Below are positions 12,301 through 24,410 of a stretch of DNA of 64,000 nucleotides, piece by piece. Position numbers and translations under genes: made by a program. Within the stretch, counting starts at the first letter, position 1, and every line of letters begins with the position of its first letter. The notes beneath the pieces are model-generated. The model saw nothing but the letters and a program-made list of their open reading frames with translations. It ran no database searches and had not been told where the DNA came from. Origin of the DNA: Eledone cirrhosa (lineage: Eukaryota); NCBI GenBank assembly GCA_964016885.1, contig OZ024741.1:188480001-188544000 (forward strand). The letters are read 5' to 3'.

Positions 12301-14466
12301 CGATCCCTTCGCCAAGACCATCTCCTACTCTCAGGTGCCATAATACTACACATGGAACACAGACAACAGAATTTGGTTAAGAAGGGTGAAAGGACAACCC
12401 GTCGAGGGACATCCAGACATTAAAATGTCCCCTACCCTTGGGAGAGTGTACACCATTCATCCTAACCAACAGGAATGCTTTTATCTCCGCCTTCTACTGC
12501 ATGACGTGGTAGGACCGACATCTTTCGACGATCTGAAAACAATCAACGGAGAGGGTTGTACTTCATTCCGCGCAGCCTGCCTTAGACGGGGTCGACTGGA
12601 AGATGGCGCTCAGTGGGATGCGACATTGGCGGAGGCAGCCACAATATGCTCAGTGTGAACTCTTCGGCAACTCTTTGCGGTGCTACTGCAGACATGCGAG
12701 TTAAGCGACCCTGCATCCTTATGGGACAAATACAAAGAGGACCTTTCCGATGACTACATACACCAAGGACAACTGCTACTCCCTCATTCCGACGTACGAC
12801 TCAGCGACGAATTCTTCAACAAAGCTCTCATTGACATCGAGGACAAAATCCTAACTGCCGGCGGAAATGACCTTCCATTCTATGGACTGCCAAAAGTTCA
12901 GCGAACGGGCTCCGACAAACTTCCGACGGGCATAATTCAGGAATCTGCCTACGACGTCCACGCCCTCCAACTGTTCATCAACGAAAACGAGCCGAAATTG
13001 TTGCAGGACCAACAGTAGGCGTATGACACAGTTTGCACTTCCATTCGTCAACGCAGAGGAGGTATCTTCTTTTTGGACGCCCCAGGAGGAACTGGTAAAA
13101 CATTCGTCAATAAACTCCTTCTCGCCAAAGTGCGACAGCAAAAAGGAATCGCCCTGGCTGTGGCTTCTGGCATTGCCGCAACTCTGCTGTCTGGAGGTAG
13201 GACAGCCCATTCTGCATTTAAACTGCCATTCAACACGACTTCAGACGACACAATAACCTTTAACATCACCAAAGACTCTGACAAAGCTGAAGTCTTGAAA
13301 AGATGCCACCTAATTGTGTGGGACAAATGCACAATGGTCCATAAAGGGTCCCTTGAGGCATTAGACAGGACCCTACGAGACATCAGGGAATGCAACCGGC
13401 CGATGGGAGGAGTACCTCTACTGCTGTCTGGCGATTTTCGACAAACTCTTCCAGTTGTTCCAAAAGCCACCAGGGCCGACACTGTGGGGGCTTGCATTAA
13501 GTCATCTCCCCTGTGGCAGGAAGTGACAATCCTGACCCTCACAACAAACATGAGAGCCCAACTGCTCAGCGACCACTCAGCAGCCGACTTCTCAAAGGAC
13601 CCCTTAACAGTTGGTGACGGCACTGCACCTTCAGATGCAGCTGGAGAAATGGCAGTCTCGCAAGTAGACACCATTGTCGACACTGTTGACGACCTCACAG
13701 CCTCTGTCTTTCCCAATATGGCCATCAACTACAAAAACACGAGTTGGCTATGCGATAGAGCCATATTGGCTCCCAAAAATGTCTCCGTTGCAAAAATCAA
13801 TGAGGACCTTCTGCAACACATTCCTGGAAACCTCCGTACCTACAATTCCTTGGACCTCTCTGGAATGCCACCTCATGAACTGTGCGTCAAAGTTGGGACT
13901 CCAGTCATGCTGTTGAGGAACCTGGAACCACCACGTCTCTGCAACGGAACACGTTTAGTGGTAAGAAACCTCCTGCCGCATGTAATTGAAGCCACAATTC
14001 TCATGGGCTGCGGCGCTGGAGAAAACGTCTTCATACCCAGAATACCATTAACTCCATCAGGTACGGAATGCCCCTGTACTCTGCGCTGACTTCAATTCCC
14101 CGTTAAACTTTACTTCGCGATGTCAATCAACAAGTCCCAAGGGCAAACGCTATCAATGGCATGCCTGCATTTAGCCCAGCCGTGCTTCTCACACAGCCAA
14201 TTATACGTCGCATACTCAAGAGTGGGATGCAAGCAGAACTTATTCATACTTGCACCCAAAGGCAGAACAAAAAATGTGGTCTACAGAGAGGTGTTGTGAC
14301 TCCTCTATTCAGCACCAGTGCAGTCTTGCCAGTCTGACATATGGTGAGTAGATGCTATTGTTGTATATTTTCAAAGTTACCCATATTTACTTTCAATGCT
14401 TGAGTGGAATCATTAAAAGTATTTTAAAGCAATTAAACTCTGAGCAACGCCGGGCACTTCTGCTAG
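9347..14466 (+). mobile_element. Helitron B (near full length, decayed)
   Basis: 5' TCTATATATATAAAACGG at 9347; 3' hairpin (ctctgagcaacgccggg) then CTAG|t at 14463-14466; complete RepHel coding region. Confidence 0.95.
9733..14299 (+). pseudogene. Helitron RepHel pseudogene (Zn-finger-like region, HUH/Y2 Rep, Pif1 helicase)
   Basis: MPPKKRPR start, CQYCRAKKW..CC motif, VEWQKRGLPHAQ (HUH with second H>Q), KYVCKYINKG, DAPGGTGKTF, WDKCTM (DE>DK), GDFRQTLPV, NKSQGQTL. One frameshift near 10000 and in-frame stops at 11771, 12341, 12656, 13016 and 14087. Confidence 0.95.
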
Positions 14467-14487
14467 TAATATATAAAAATATATAAA

Positions 14488-14536
<49 letters not shown>

Positions 14537-14759
14537 GTGTATATACATATATACATATATAAAATATATATATATATATATAAGTATATATATATGGGAA
14601 TATACTCCGGTTTTTCCTAATGTTTGTTGAGTGAGTTGGAAATTGGTCGGAGTATCGCTAATAGCTTTCTCCGTTTATATAATTATATATATATAAAGGA
14701 TATATATAATATAGATATAATGGATATATATAATATATAATTATATATATATATATAAT

Positions 14760-15102
14760 GGAGGCACATGGCTTAGTGGTTAGAGCATTGGACTTGCAAT
14801 CGAAAAGTTGTGAGTTCAATTCTCAGACCGGGTGATGTGGTGTTGTTTCCTTGAGCAAGACACTTTATTTCACATTGCTCCAGTTTACTCAGCTGTAGAA
14901 ATGAGATGATAGGGACTGGGGTCCCTATAATTCCACTGCAAAGTGGTCCTGAAGGTGCCACGGCAAAAAAAACACCCAGCACTCACTGTAAATGAGGTTG
15001 GTGTTAGGAAGGGCATCCAGCTGTAGACATCAAGCCAGAATCAGTTTCCGTCCCACCCTTGCAAGCAGGGAAAAGCGGACATAAAGTGATGATGATGATG
15101 AT
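14760..15102 (+). mobile_element. Full-length tRNA-derived CORE-type SINE with RTE-derived 3' tail
   Basis: A-box tggcttagtgg, B-box gagttcaattc, CORE-like gtttccttgagcaagacacttta; tail matches the RTE LINE 3' end at 35525-35563; ends in (tga)n. Confidence 0.85.
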
Positions 15103-15309
15103 AATATATATATATATATATACATACACACATATATTTATATATATATATTTATAACATATGCATATATAAATGTAGATGTGGGTGTGAATGTGTGGGT
15201 GTGAACATGCATGTTTATTTTAATATATATTAATTTGCAAATATATAACTATATAAATGTATCTATCTATCTATCCATCTATTTATCTAGCTATTTCTCT
15301 CTCTATATA

Positions 15310-15348
<39 letters not shown>

Positions 15349-15386
15349 GAATATATATTATGCAAGCACACATATATATATATATA

Positions 15387-15432
<46 letters not shown>

Positions 15433-15564
15433 GAGGTTCTATTTAATTTGTTGGGATTCAACAACCTAAAAACATTTTTATAACTGATATAAAGCACTCA
15501 ACAAGTTAGTGGAGTAAATATACAATATATTAATAAACGGAAACTATATTTATAAAACCATAAT

Positions 15565-15630
15565 TATTTTATTATATATATTTCAAGGGCAACCAAGGTA
15601 AATTATGGTGCGCTTTCATCAGATAAAATA
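15565..15630 (-). ncRNA. Mirror copy of the minimal hammerhead ribozyme
   Basis: Reverse complement of 15732-15797 with the core intact. Confidence 0.78.
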
Positions 15631-15731
15631 CAGATATGTTTTATAAATAAATATTCACTATCCAACGAATTTCAACCGTTGAGGTTGTCTTTTTTCCGCG
15701 TATGTCAATATTTATTTATAAAACAAATCTG

Positions 15732-15797
15732 TATTTTATCTGATGAAAGCGCACCATAATTTTCCTTGGTTGCCCTTGAAATATATATAATAAAATA
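15732..15797 (+). ncRNA. Minimal type I hammerhead ribozyme (Penelope-type, palindromic helix III)
   Basis: Helix I tattttat/ataaaata (8 bp), CTGATGA, long helix II aagcgcacca..tggttgccctt, GAAA-tatata-TA; predicted cleavage after 15789. Confidence 0.8.
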
Positions 15798-15847
15798 ATT
15801 ATGGTTTTATAAATATAGTTTCCATTTATTAATATATTGTATATATA

Positions 15848-16038
15848 GGGGCGGTGAATTGGCAGTATCGGTAGAGGGTTGGACGCCATGCTTTACAGCA
15901 TAGTTACGTCCCTTTACAGTCTGAGTTCAAATCCCGCCGAGGTTAACTTTGCCTTTCATCCTTACGGGGTCGATAAAATAAAGTACCAGTAATGTACTGG
16001 GGATAATTGGTGGCCTTGTGCCTAAAGTAGAAACAATT
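15848..16038 (+). mobile_element. tRNA-derived SINE family 2 (Meta-domain-like)
   Basis: A-box tggcagtatcggtaga, B-box gagttcaaatccc, body gcctttcatccttacggggtcgataaaataaagtaccag. Many other copies (19785, 36417, 39507, 44862, 50845, 60120). Confidence 0.85.
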
Positions 16039-16156
16039 AATATATTGTATATATATATATATATATTTATTTATTTTATTTTGTATCTTTATTTGTTTTT
16101 TTTCACACTTTATGTGTATATTTATGAGTGTGTTTTCATGTTGTGTAAGGGCATGA

Positions 16157-16199
<43 letters not shown>

Positions 16200-16259
16200 T
16201 ATACCATCCTGCTTTTTGTCTAAACCAAATGGTCAGATTCAATTGTCTGACTGATTGAC

Positions 16260-18680
16260 ATTGTTGTTGTTGGTAGTGGTGGGGGATGGGGCGGTGTTGG
16301 TGGTTGGATGGTTGTGGTGGTGGTGGTGGATGGTTGTGGTGATGGTTGTGGTGGTGTGGTGATGGTTGTGGTAGTGGTGGTGGTGGTGGTGATGGTGGAG
16401 GTGGTGGTGGTGGTGGTGGTGGTGGTGTTGGAGGCATGATGGTGGTGGTGCTGGTGGTGGTGGTTGTGGTTGTGGTTGTGTGGTGGTGGAGGTGGTTGGA
16501 TGGTGGTGGTAGTTGTGGCAGTAGTAATGGTGTTGTGGTGGTGGTAGTGGAGGTGGTGATGGTGGTGTGGTGATGGTTGTGGTAGTGGTGGTGGTGGTGG
16601 TGGTGTTGTGGTGATGGTTGTGGTAGTGGTGGTGGTGTTGGGGGCGTGGTGGTGGTGGTGGTTGTAGTGGTGATGATGGTGGTTGTAGTGGTGATAGTGG
16701 TGGTGGTGGTGGTGGTGGTAGTGGTGGTGGTGGGGATGATGGTGATGGTGGTGGTGGTGAGGATGATGGTGATGGTGGTGTGGATGATGGTGGTGTGGTG
16801 GTGGAGGTGGTGTGGTGATGTTGATGATAGTGGTGGTGGTGGTGATTGTGGTAATGGTGATGGTGGCAGTGGTGGTGATGGTAGCGGTGGTAGTGTAGTG
16901 GTGTGGTGGTGGTGGTGGCGGTGTGGTGGTGGCGTCCTATCTGAATAAATGCAAAAGATTCATGTAATCAATATATAGCAATTGCTGCTGCAGATGATGA
17001 TGATGGTGATAATAATGGTGGTGATGATGATGTTGAAAGCAATGGGACTTGGTGATGATGATGATAAGGGTAATGATAGAGGTGATGATGATGATTGGTG
17101 TGATGATGGTGGTTATGATTATGAAGATGGTGGTGGTGATGATGAGGACAATAATGATGACGATGCTGGATGATTATAATGATGATGGTATTAATGATGG
17201 TGATAATGATGATGATGCTTGGTGGTAGTGGTGGTGGTGGTGGTGATGGTGGTGGTGGTGGTGATGGTGGTGATGGTTGTAGTGTTGGTATACTGAAGGT
17301 AGGGATGGTGGTGGTGTTGAAGGTGATGGGGAAAGTATAGTAGTGATGATGTTGATGATGGAATTGGTATGGTGGGGGAGAGTATAACAGTGACAGTGTT
17401 GGTGGTAAGGAGAAGAGGACATAGAAGGAGAAGAAGAAGAAGAAGAAAAAGAAGGAAAAGAAGAAGAAAAAAGAGATGAAGAAGAAAAAAAGAGGAAAAA
17501 GAAGAAGAAGAAGAAGAAGAAGAAGAAGAAGAAGAAGAAGAAGAAGAAGAAAAAAAGAAAAAGGAGAAGCAGAAGAAAAAGAAAAAGAAGCAAAAGAAGA
17601 AGAAAAAGAAGGAAAAGAAGAAAAAGGAGATGAAGAAGAAAAAAAAAGAGGAAAAAGAAGAAGAAAAGAAGAAAAGAAAAAGAAGAAAAAAAGAAAAAGA
17701 AGAAGAAGAAGAAGAAGAAGAAGAAGAAGAAAAAGGAGAACAAGAAAAAGAAGGAAAAGAAATAGAAGTAAAAAAGAAGAAAAAGAAGAAAAAGAAGAAA
17801 AAGGAGAAGAAGAAAAAGAAGAAAAAAGAAAAAGAAGAAGAAGAAGCAAAAGAAGAAGAAGAAAAAAAAAGAAAAAGAAGAAAAAGGAGAAGAAGACGAA
17901 GAAAAAAGAGGAAGAAGAAAAAGAAGAAGAAAAAAAGAAGTAGAAGAAAAAGAAGAAAAAAGGAGAAAAAGAAGAAAAAGAAAAAAAGAAGAAAAAGAAG
18001 AAGAAGAAGAAGAAGAAGAAGAAGAAGAAGAAGAAAAAGTAGAAGAAGAAGAAAAAGAAGAAAAAAGAACAAGAAGAAGAAGAGGGAGAAGAAGAGGAAA
18101 AAGAAGAAGAAGAAGAAAAATAATAAGAAGAAGAAGGTGATGATGATAATTATTAGCAAAATTTTGTGGGAGGAATTCATGTTGAAAGAGAGGAATGGGG
18201 TGAGTTGGGGCAACTATAGAAACAGGATTCCATGCAACTGATTTGAATCAGTGATGGTGTTGTTGTTGTTATTGTTGGTATTGACTTAAAGGGTCGATAA
18301 AATAAAGCACCAGTAATGTACTGGGGTAATTGCTGGCCTTGTGCCAAAAGTAGAAACAATTATTGTTGTTGTTTTTGTTATTGTTGTAGTTGTTCCTGTT
18401 GTTGTTGTTGCATTATTGTTGTTGTTGTTGTTGTTGTTGGTATTGTTGCTGCTGCTTTTGTTGTTGTTGTTGTTGTTGTTGTTGTGTTGCTTCTGCTATT
18501 GTTGTTGTTGTGTTGTTGCTATTGTTGTTGTTATTGATGTTGTTACGGAAGTTGTTGTTGCTGTTTTTATTGTTGCTGTTGTTGTTTTTGTCGTTTGTGA
18601 TTGGTGATGGTGGTGGTAGTGAGGGAGATAGTGGTCATGATGATAATGGTTGTGTTGCTGTTGTTATTGTTGTTGAATGG
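16260..18680. repeat. Compound trinucleotide microsatellite block: (GGT)n, (GAT)n, (GAA/AAA)n, (GTT)n
   Basis: Direct reading; accounts for the poly-V, -G, -K, -R, -F and -L ORFs. Confidence 0.95.
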
Positions 18681-18816
18681 TGTATAAGAAAGTAAAATTA
18701 TTAGAGTCAAATAAATGAAATATACAATTTCATTTCCCTTTTATATTCTTTAGCTCTTACACCCTTTACAACCACACTACCCAAACCTTACACCTCATAC
18801 ACAGATCCTATACACC

Positions 18817-19114
18817 CAGAGGCATAACCAGGGAAAATAGCACCTATGGCAAGCAGTGAAATTGCACCCCTGCCCAGCACTGTATTTTTACTTATGGGCC
18901 TAATAATTTTTATAAATGGTGTAATGATCTAGCCACCATAGAGTTCTCACCCATGATAATCAGAGATAGATCATACATCTGAAGGAGTTTCTTTTTCCAT
19001 TCTCCGACGAAGCTTATTTGACTTTAATAGAACGGGCTCCTAGTCTAAGTGGCGCCCCCTTCATGTGACACTCATGGCACGTGTCATGTTTGCCATACCT
19101 TTGTTACGCCTCTT
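18817..19114. mobile_element. hAT-type MITE
   Basis: TIRs CAGAGGCATAAC..GTTACGCCTCTT; 8-bp flanks tatacacc / tatacagc (7 of 8 match, TSD). Confidence 0.7.
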
Positions 19115-19446
19115 TATACAGCCCATACACACCTTACACACATAACCGCACTCTACATTACCTACACACACACACCCTTACACTTCCTACATATAACATA
19201 CACCCCTATACCAGCCACACGCACTCTACATATACCCTACACATACCCAAACCCTAACCCTTTACATACACCCTACTCTCCAACATGCATCCTGCACACC
19301 TTACATACAACATACACACACCCAGATACTATATACACTCTTCTACATCCATACACACCACCTACACCCACACACACCTACACACACACACACACACACC
19401 TACACACCTATATACACACACCTTCACACCCACACACACCTACACA

Positions 19447-19488
<42 letters not shown>

Positions 19489-19784
19489 AGTACAGCTCCA
19501 AGTCAAACCTGCTGTACTAATTTCAAAGGATTTCACCCAAAAGAACAACAGAATCTTCTAACTGAACTAACATTCAATTCCTTCACACAGCTTACTATTT
19601 ACACCCTACCCCACCCAAATATTTCTCCCCAAATCTCGACCCCACATCTGCCCCGTGCTTATCCAACCATGGTTCACAAAACACGTTTATCAGGTTAGAT
19701 ATTCTGCTGTCAGTTAAGTATAATGTGATAGTCATGCTGGCCTAAGGGTCCTCCAATGCCCATGCTCACCAACTTTTTTTATAT

Positions 19785-19963
19785 TGGCAGTATTGGTAGA
19801 GGGTCGGACGCCATGCTTTGACGCATAGAGTTACGGCCCTTGCCATTCTGAGTTCAAATCCCGCCGAGGTTAACTTTGCCTTTCATCCTTACGGGGTCGA
19901 TAAAATAAAGTACCAGTAATGCACTGGTTAATTGCTGGTCTTGTGCCTAACGTAGAAACAATT
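19785..19963 (+). mobile_element. SINE family 2 copy
   Basis: High identity to 15848-16038. Confidence 0.85.
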
Positions 19964-20184
19964 ATATCTATCTATTTCCATTTTGGCGCCATGATAAAAA
20001 ACACCTGATCTACACAGTAAATGTGGTTGGCATTAGAAAGAGCAACCAGCCATAGAAACCAAACCAGAAATAGTTCTGTATGAGCAAGGTATTGTCATCT
20101 GATCTGACTTGTCTCATGAGTCAACTTGCCTAACCCATGCTAGGGTGGAAAATAGACGTTAAACAGTGATGACGATGATGATGG

Positions 20185-20217
<33 letters not shown>

Positions 20218-20492
20218 GGTTGATGAAGATGATGATGATGGTGATGATCTATGTTGACTGCCAGGTCACTCAAAATTATTTTAGCATCTTATCATTCTTA
20301 CTATTTTTTGTTTTTTTGAAATGTGTGCATCCCAATCCAAATGACCATAAATAAACATAGTTGATCATTATGAATAATCCTTAATAAAGTCAGGTAAAGT
20401 ACTCCTGGGAATGAAAAAAAGTGGACAGAGACATAATGCACACATTTCAAAATTTCAAATTTTCCCAAGGTTTCTCAACTGTTCTGACTTAA

Positions 20493-20717
20493 CCCTTTAG
20501 CATTTAAACCGGCTGTATCTGGCCAGAATTCTCTCACCTCTTTCTGTTCGAACCGGCTGTAACCAGCTACTCATACTTATGTTAAGGTATTGTTCTCAAA
20601 ATGACTAATATCAAAATCTCATAGATTCGATATTATGTGAGATAATTATATGATAATTATATAAATCTTTACCATGAAAATATATAGTAAATATAGAGTA
20701 AAGTAAATGTTAAAGGG
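20493..20717. mobile_element. piggyBac-type MITE (TTAA TSD)
   Basis: TTAA|CCCTTTAGCATTTA..TAAATGTTAAAGGG|TTAA. Further copies at 22857-23077, 45894-46086, 50332-50539 and 51957-52164 (partial). Confidence 0.85.
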
Positions 20718-21404
20718 TTAAGCTAACAACAAGCAAAAATAAAACAAGATGACCAAAGACTTCAAGCAGGTTTCAAGTAACAGTATCCTTCTCTCATGTA
20801 TATTTATGTACACACATAAACATACATAAGTTCTATTGCTTTTTGACAAATTTTGTTTTTCATTCCTCATGGTGTCCATGAAAATACAATAGTAAATATA
20901 GAGTAACGTAAAAGCTAAAGGGTTAAGATTCCACAGGTTAATTTTGCTGTTTACCCTTCCAAGGTTTGTTAAATAAAAGTACTAAGGTCAATATAATTGA
21001 CTTATCTCACTCCTCACAAAAAATTTCTAGTCATATGCCTGAATTACAAATCATCATTTGTAAATATATGTTGTTTCGTTTCTTTTGAAAAGGAGAGATT
21101 CTATTGGTCAGGAGACCTATCTGCTATCCACATCTACAATATGGAAAGTGGATGTAATAACAATGACAATGATAAAGATGATGACAATGATGATGATAGT
21201 GGTAGTGAAGGTAGCAGTGATATGGTATATATTTACAAGTACATCAATCAAGTAGCTATCTCATGTCTGCCAATTTTTCAACAATGAATCCCATTTCTTC
21301 CTCTCCATGTAAATCATACAAAAGTTACATTCAATGCTAGAAATGCTAACCAAAGTCTTCAGTAATCACCTTCATACATATTCATGTGTTTTATATATAT
21401 ATAT

Positions 21405-21598
21405 ACGTTTGAATATGTGTAATAAAGCCAAAACAATGCAGGTATGGACATAGAAAAAAGAATGCAATTGTAAAAGATATTGTTGACAATTCGTCCTTAC
21501 CTTAAATTTATTTAAATAAATTTAAGGTAAAGGACGAATTGTCAACAATATCTTTTACAATCTGCATTGTTTTGGCTTTATTACACATATTCAAACGT
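21405..21598. repeat. Zero-spacer fold-back inverted repeat
   Basis: Centre between 21513 and 21514; the left arm carries about 25 extra nt (21442-21466). Confidence 0.9.
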
Positions 21599-21641
21599 TT
21601 ATACCTCATTACACAATGCTTCAAGTGAACTATAACCTCCT

Positions 21642-21708
<67 letters not shown>

Positions 21709-22856
21709 TATATACATATATACACATACACAAACATATATATAGATCGGTAGATATAGATATATGTACGTATGCAGAATGTCACCCCAGAATACTGTTG
21801 AAGTGTTGAAGTGTGTATATATTTTTTGGGGACACCCCACCACCATCGTCATCATTTAACACCTATTTTCCTTGTTGACATAGGTTGGATGAATAGTTAT
21901 AAAGCCAGCTAGTGCTTAATCAGAGTTACTGTCCTCATAAAACAAAGCCATCTAGTGGACAAGAAAACAAACCATCTAGTGGACAAGACTGTCAGATTCC
22001 ACGCTTGTAACAATTACATTCATAAAACCTAGCCAATCATGAACTAAATGTCTATATCAGAGCTAAGACATCTACCATAATCTCTACCTTAGACATCATC
22101 TGTATATCCCAACCACTAATCCGCTCTAGATATGAGTATGAGGGGGTCAGACTTTTTCAAGCTGCAGCCATCAAATTACTCAGTTTCTGTATAAGAATAT
22201 ACATTAAATATCCATTACTACTTGCAGTGACTACAACCCCATTATATAATAGGCCTTGCTCCACCCTTTCTCACATAACCCTGATCTTAAACCCTCAAGC
22301 AATTCCCAAAGATGATGTTGTGCATTGGGAGGCCCAGGTTTCAAATAAATATAATATACATACTCGAATGCAAAACATAATTAAGATTAAATAAAATACA
22401 AAGCTATTAAAGAAAAATAAGCGAAACAATAATAAGACGAAGAATACAAGAACTCTAGTCCCTATTCCATAACCTATAAATCACAACAAGAATAAGGAAA
22501 ATACCCATTTTATTAAGAAACAAGTGACATGAATCTATGAGGCAATATGTATATATATGAAAAATATAAATATGATATCAGAAAATATTATAGCCAAAAG
22601 GCAATGCAAGAGGTATAAATCTTAGTGTCGTGGATTGGCAGTATTGGTAGAGGGTCGGACGCCATGCTTTGCAGCAAAGAGTTACGGCCCTTTACAAAAA
22701 TTATTACTACTTCATGGCAAATATACCAAAATTTACTTAGATCACAAACAAATAAATAAAATTACGAATAAATTAAAATAAATTCAGACCATATGTTTTC
22801 CAAAGCAAACCAAAACCAAATCCCTTCTTCATAAAAATTTGTTTGATGTATCTTAA

Positions 22857-23077
22857 CCCTTTAGCATTTAAACCGGCTATATCTGGCCAGAATTTTCTCT
22901 CATTTTACTGTCTAAACTGGCTATAACTGACTGCTCATACTGATGTTAAGGTATTATCCTCAAAATAAATAACATCAAAATCTCGTAGATTCGATATTAT
23001 GTGAGATAATTATGTCAGATAATGCATTTACTACAAAAATACAATAGTATATATAGAGTAATGTAAATGTTAAAAGG
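22857..23077. mobile_element. piggyBac-type MITE copy
   Basis: TTAA flanks; same internal sequence as 20493-20717. Confidence 0.85.
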
Positions 23078-24128
23078 TTAAATGTGTTAAGCTTAAATGC
23101 GTTAAGGCAAAATAAGTTAAATTTCTAAGTCCTATGTCTCTCATCTGCAAACTAGAAATAACCCCAAATTTTCCACAAATCTTCCTATTATCACCAAGGC
23201 ATCTACGAAAATGGTGTATTAGAAATTTCTCTTTGTATCCCTGCACTACCCTGTGTTTTAAAAGTTTATTCACTACTTCCATAAAAAACATTCATCTGGC
23301 TACTTATTCAACCATAGAGTATAACTTGGCTATGTATGTACATAAAATACCTTCTTATATATATATATATATATATCATCATCATCATCATGTTTAGCAT
23401 CCATTATTCCATGCTTGCATGGGTTAGATGGGTCATCCACATTGGGAGACAAGTCTGGCCAGAGTTAGTCACGCTGTTCCTTGCTCCGATGAGGACTGTA
23501 AATTTGGCCGGGTATTTTATGGCCCTTAACACCAACCACATTTGTAGTGTGGAACTAGATGGCACCATTATGAGGAGGGACAAGCTAGTTGGCAGCATCA
23601 AACCCACCATTTATATATATATGTATATATATATATAGAGAGAGAGGGGTACATATATACACAAGTATATCATCCTCATTGTTTAAACGTCGACTTTTCC
23701 ATGAAGGCATGGGTTGGATGAGACTTTTTGAGGCAATGTTTTACAGCCAGATGCCCTCCCTACAATTAACCCTTTTAGTCACTTTTTATGACATGCAGGA
23801 GTGTGGTGTATAAATATTAAAATTTGAATTCATGGAATATGTATTGTAATATTCCACCAAAAAGAACTTTAAAAATTGTTGTTGTCGCAGATCAAAGGTT
23901 CTCAAACTTTTTGGGTCATATCATACCCTTAGCACTTCCACCCCTATTTCAAGAGAGACCTGCCTTCACGCAAATTGTAAATAATATATAATAAATAAAA
24001 TCGTTAATTTATATATATTAAATAATATAATATATACTATGTATAAATAAATATATATTTTTTTATTTTACTATATTTATATATATATGTATCATTTGAT
24101 ATTTAATATACTATTATATCATCTCTAG

Positions 24129-24410
24129 TGGAGACACGTGGCCTAGTGGTAAGGGTGTTGGACTTATGATTATAATGTTGTGGGTTCGATTCCTGGGCTG
24201 CGTGTTGTGTTCTTGAGCAAAACACTTCATTTCACGTTGCTCTAGAATACTCAGCTGAAAATGAGTACCAGCAATAGCTGGGGGTTTAACCCTGCGATGG
24301 ACTGGCACCCTGTCCAGGGGGACATCTTGTACTCTCAGTTGCTTCATGCCATGAAACTGGGATAAGCACCAGACAAATGAGCCCTCTGGCTCGAGACAGA
24401 CTTTCGACTT
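24129..24410 (+). mobile_element. tRNA-derived CORE-type SINE with a different 3' body
   Basis: A-box tggcctagtgg, B-box ggttcgattcc, CORE-like gttcttgagcaaaacacttcatttcac. tatatcatctcta occurs on both sides (possible TSD). Confidence 0.75.

Larger units (their letters stand above)
15518..15844. repeat. Inverted repeat, about 138-bp arms with 51-nt spacer (Penelope-like terminal structure)
   Basis: Arms 15518-15655 and 15707-15844 are reverse complements with few mismatches. Confidence 0.92.

Noticed and set aside
13048-13728. 226-aa antisense ORF (and similar ORFs at 6062 and 9603)
   Set aside because: These are shadow ORFs opposite Helitron coding sequence, with no independent evidence.
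14760-14830. tRNA gene-like A/B boxes (also 15848, 24129, 39507)
   Set aside because: They continue into multi-copy SINE bodies and do not form a complete cloverleaf.
16204-16260. Possible minus-strand alternative first exons (also 19488-19570)
   Set aside because: Only weak donor and Inr-like matches; not supportable without transcript data.
16968-18695. Protamine-like K/R-rich and poly-F/L ORFs
   Set aside because: They come from (GAA)n and (GTT)n microsatellites that are open in several frames on both strands.
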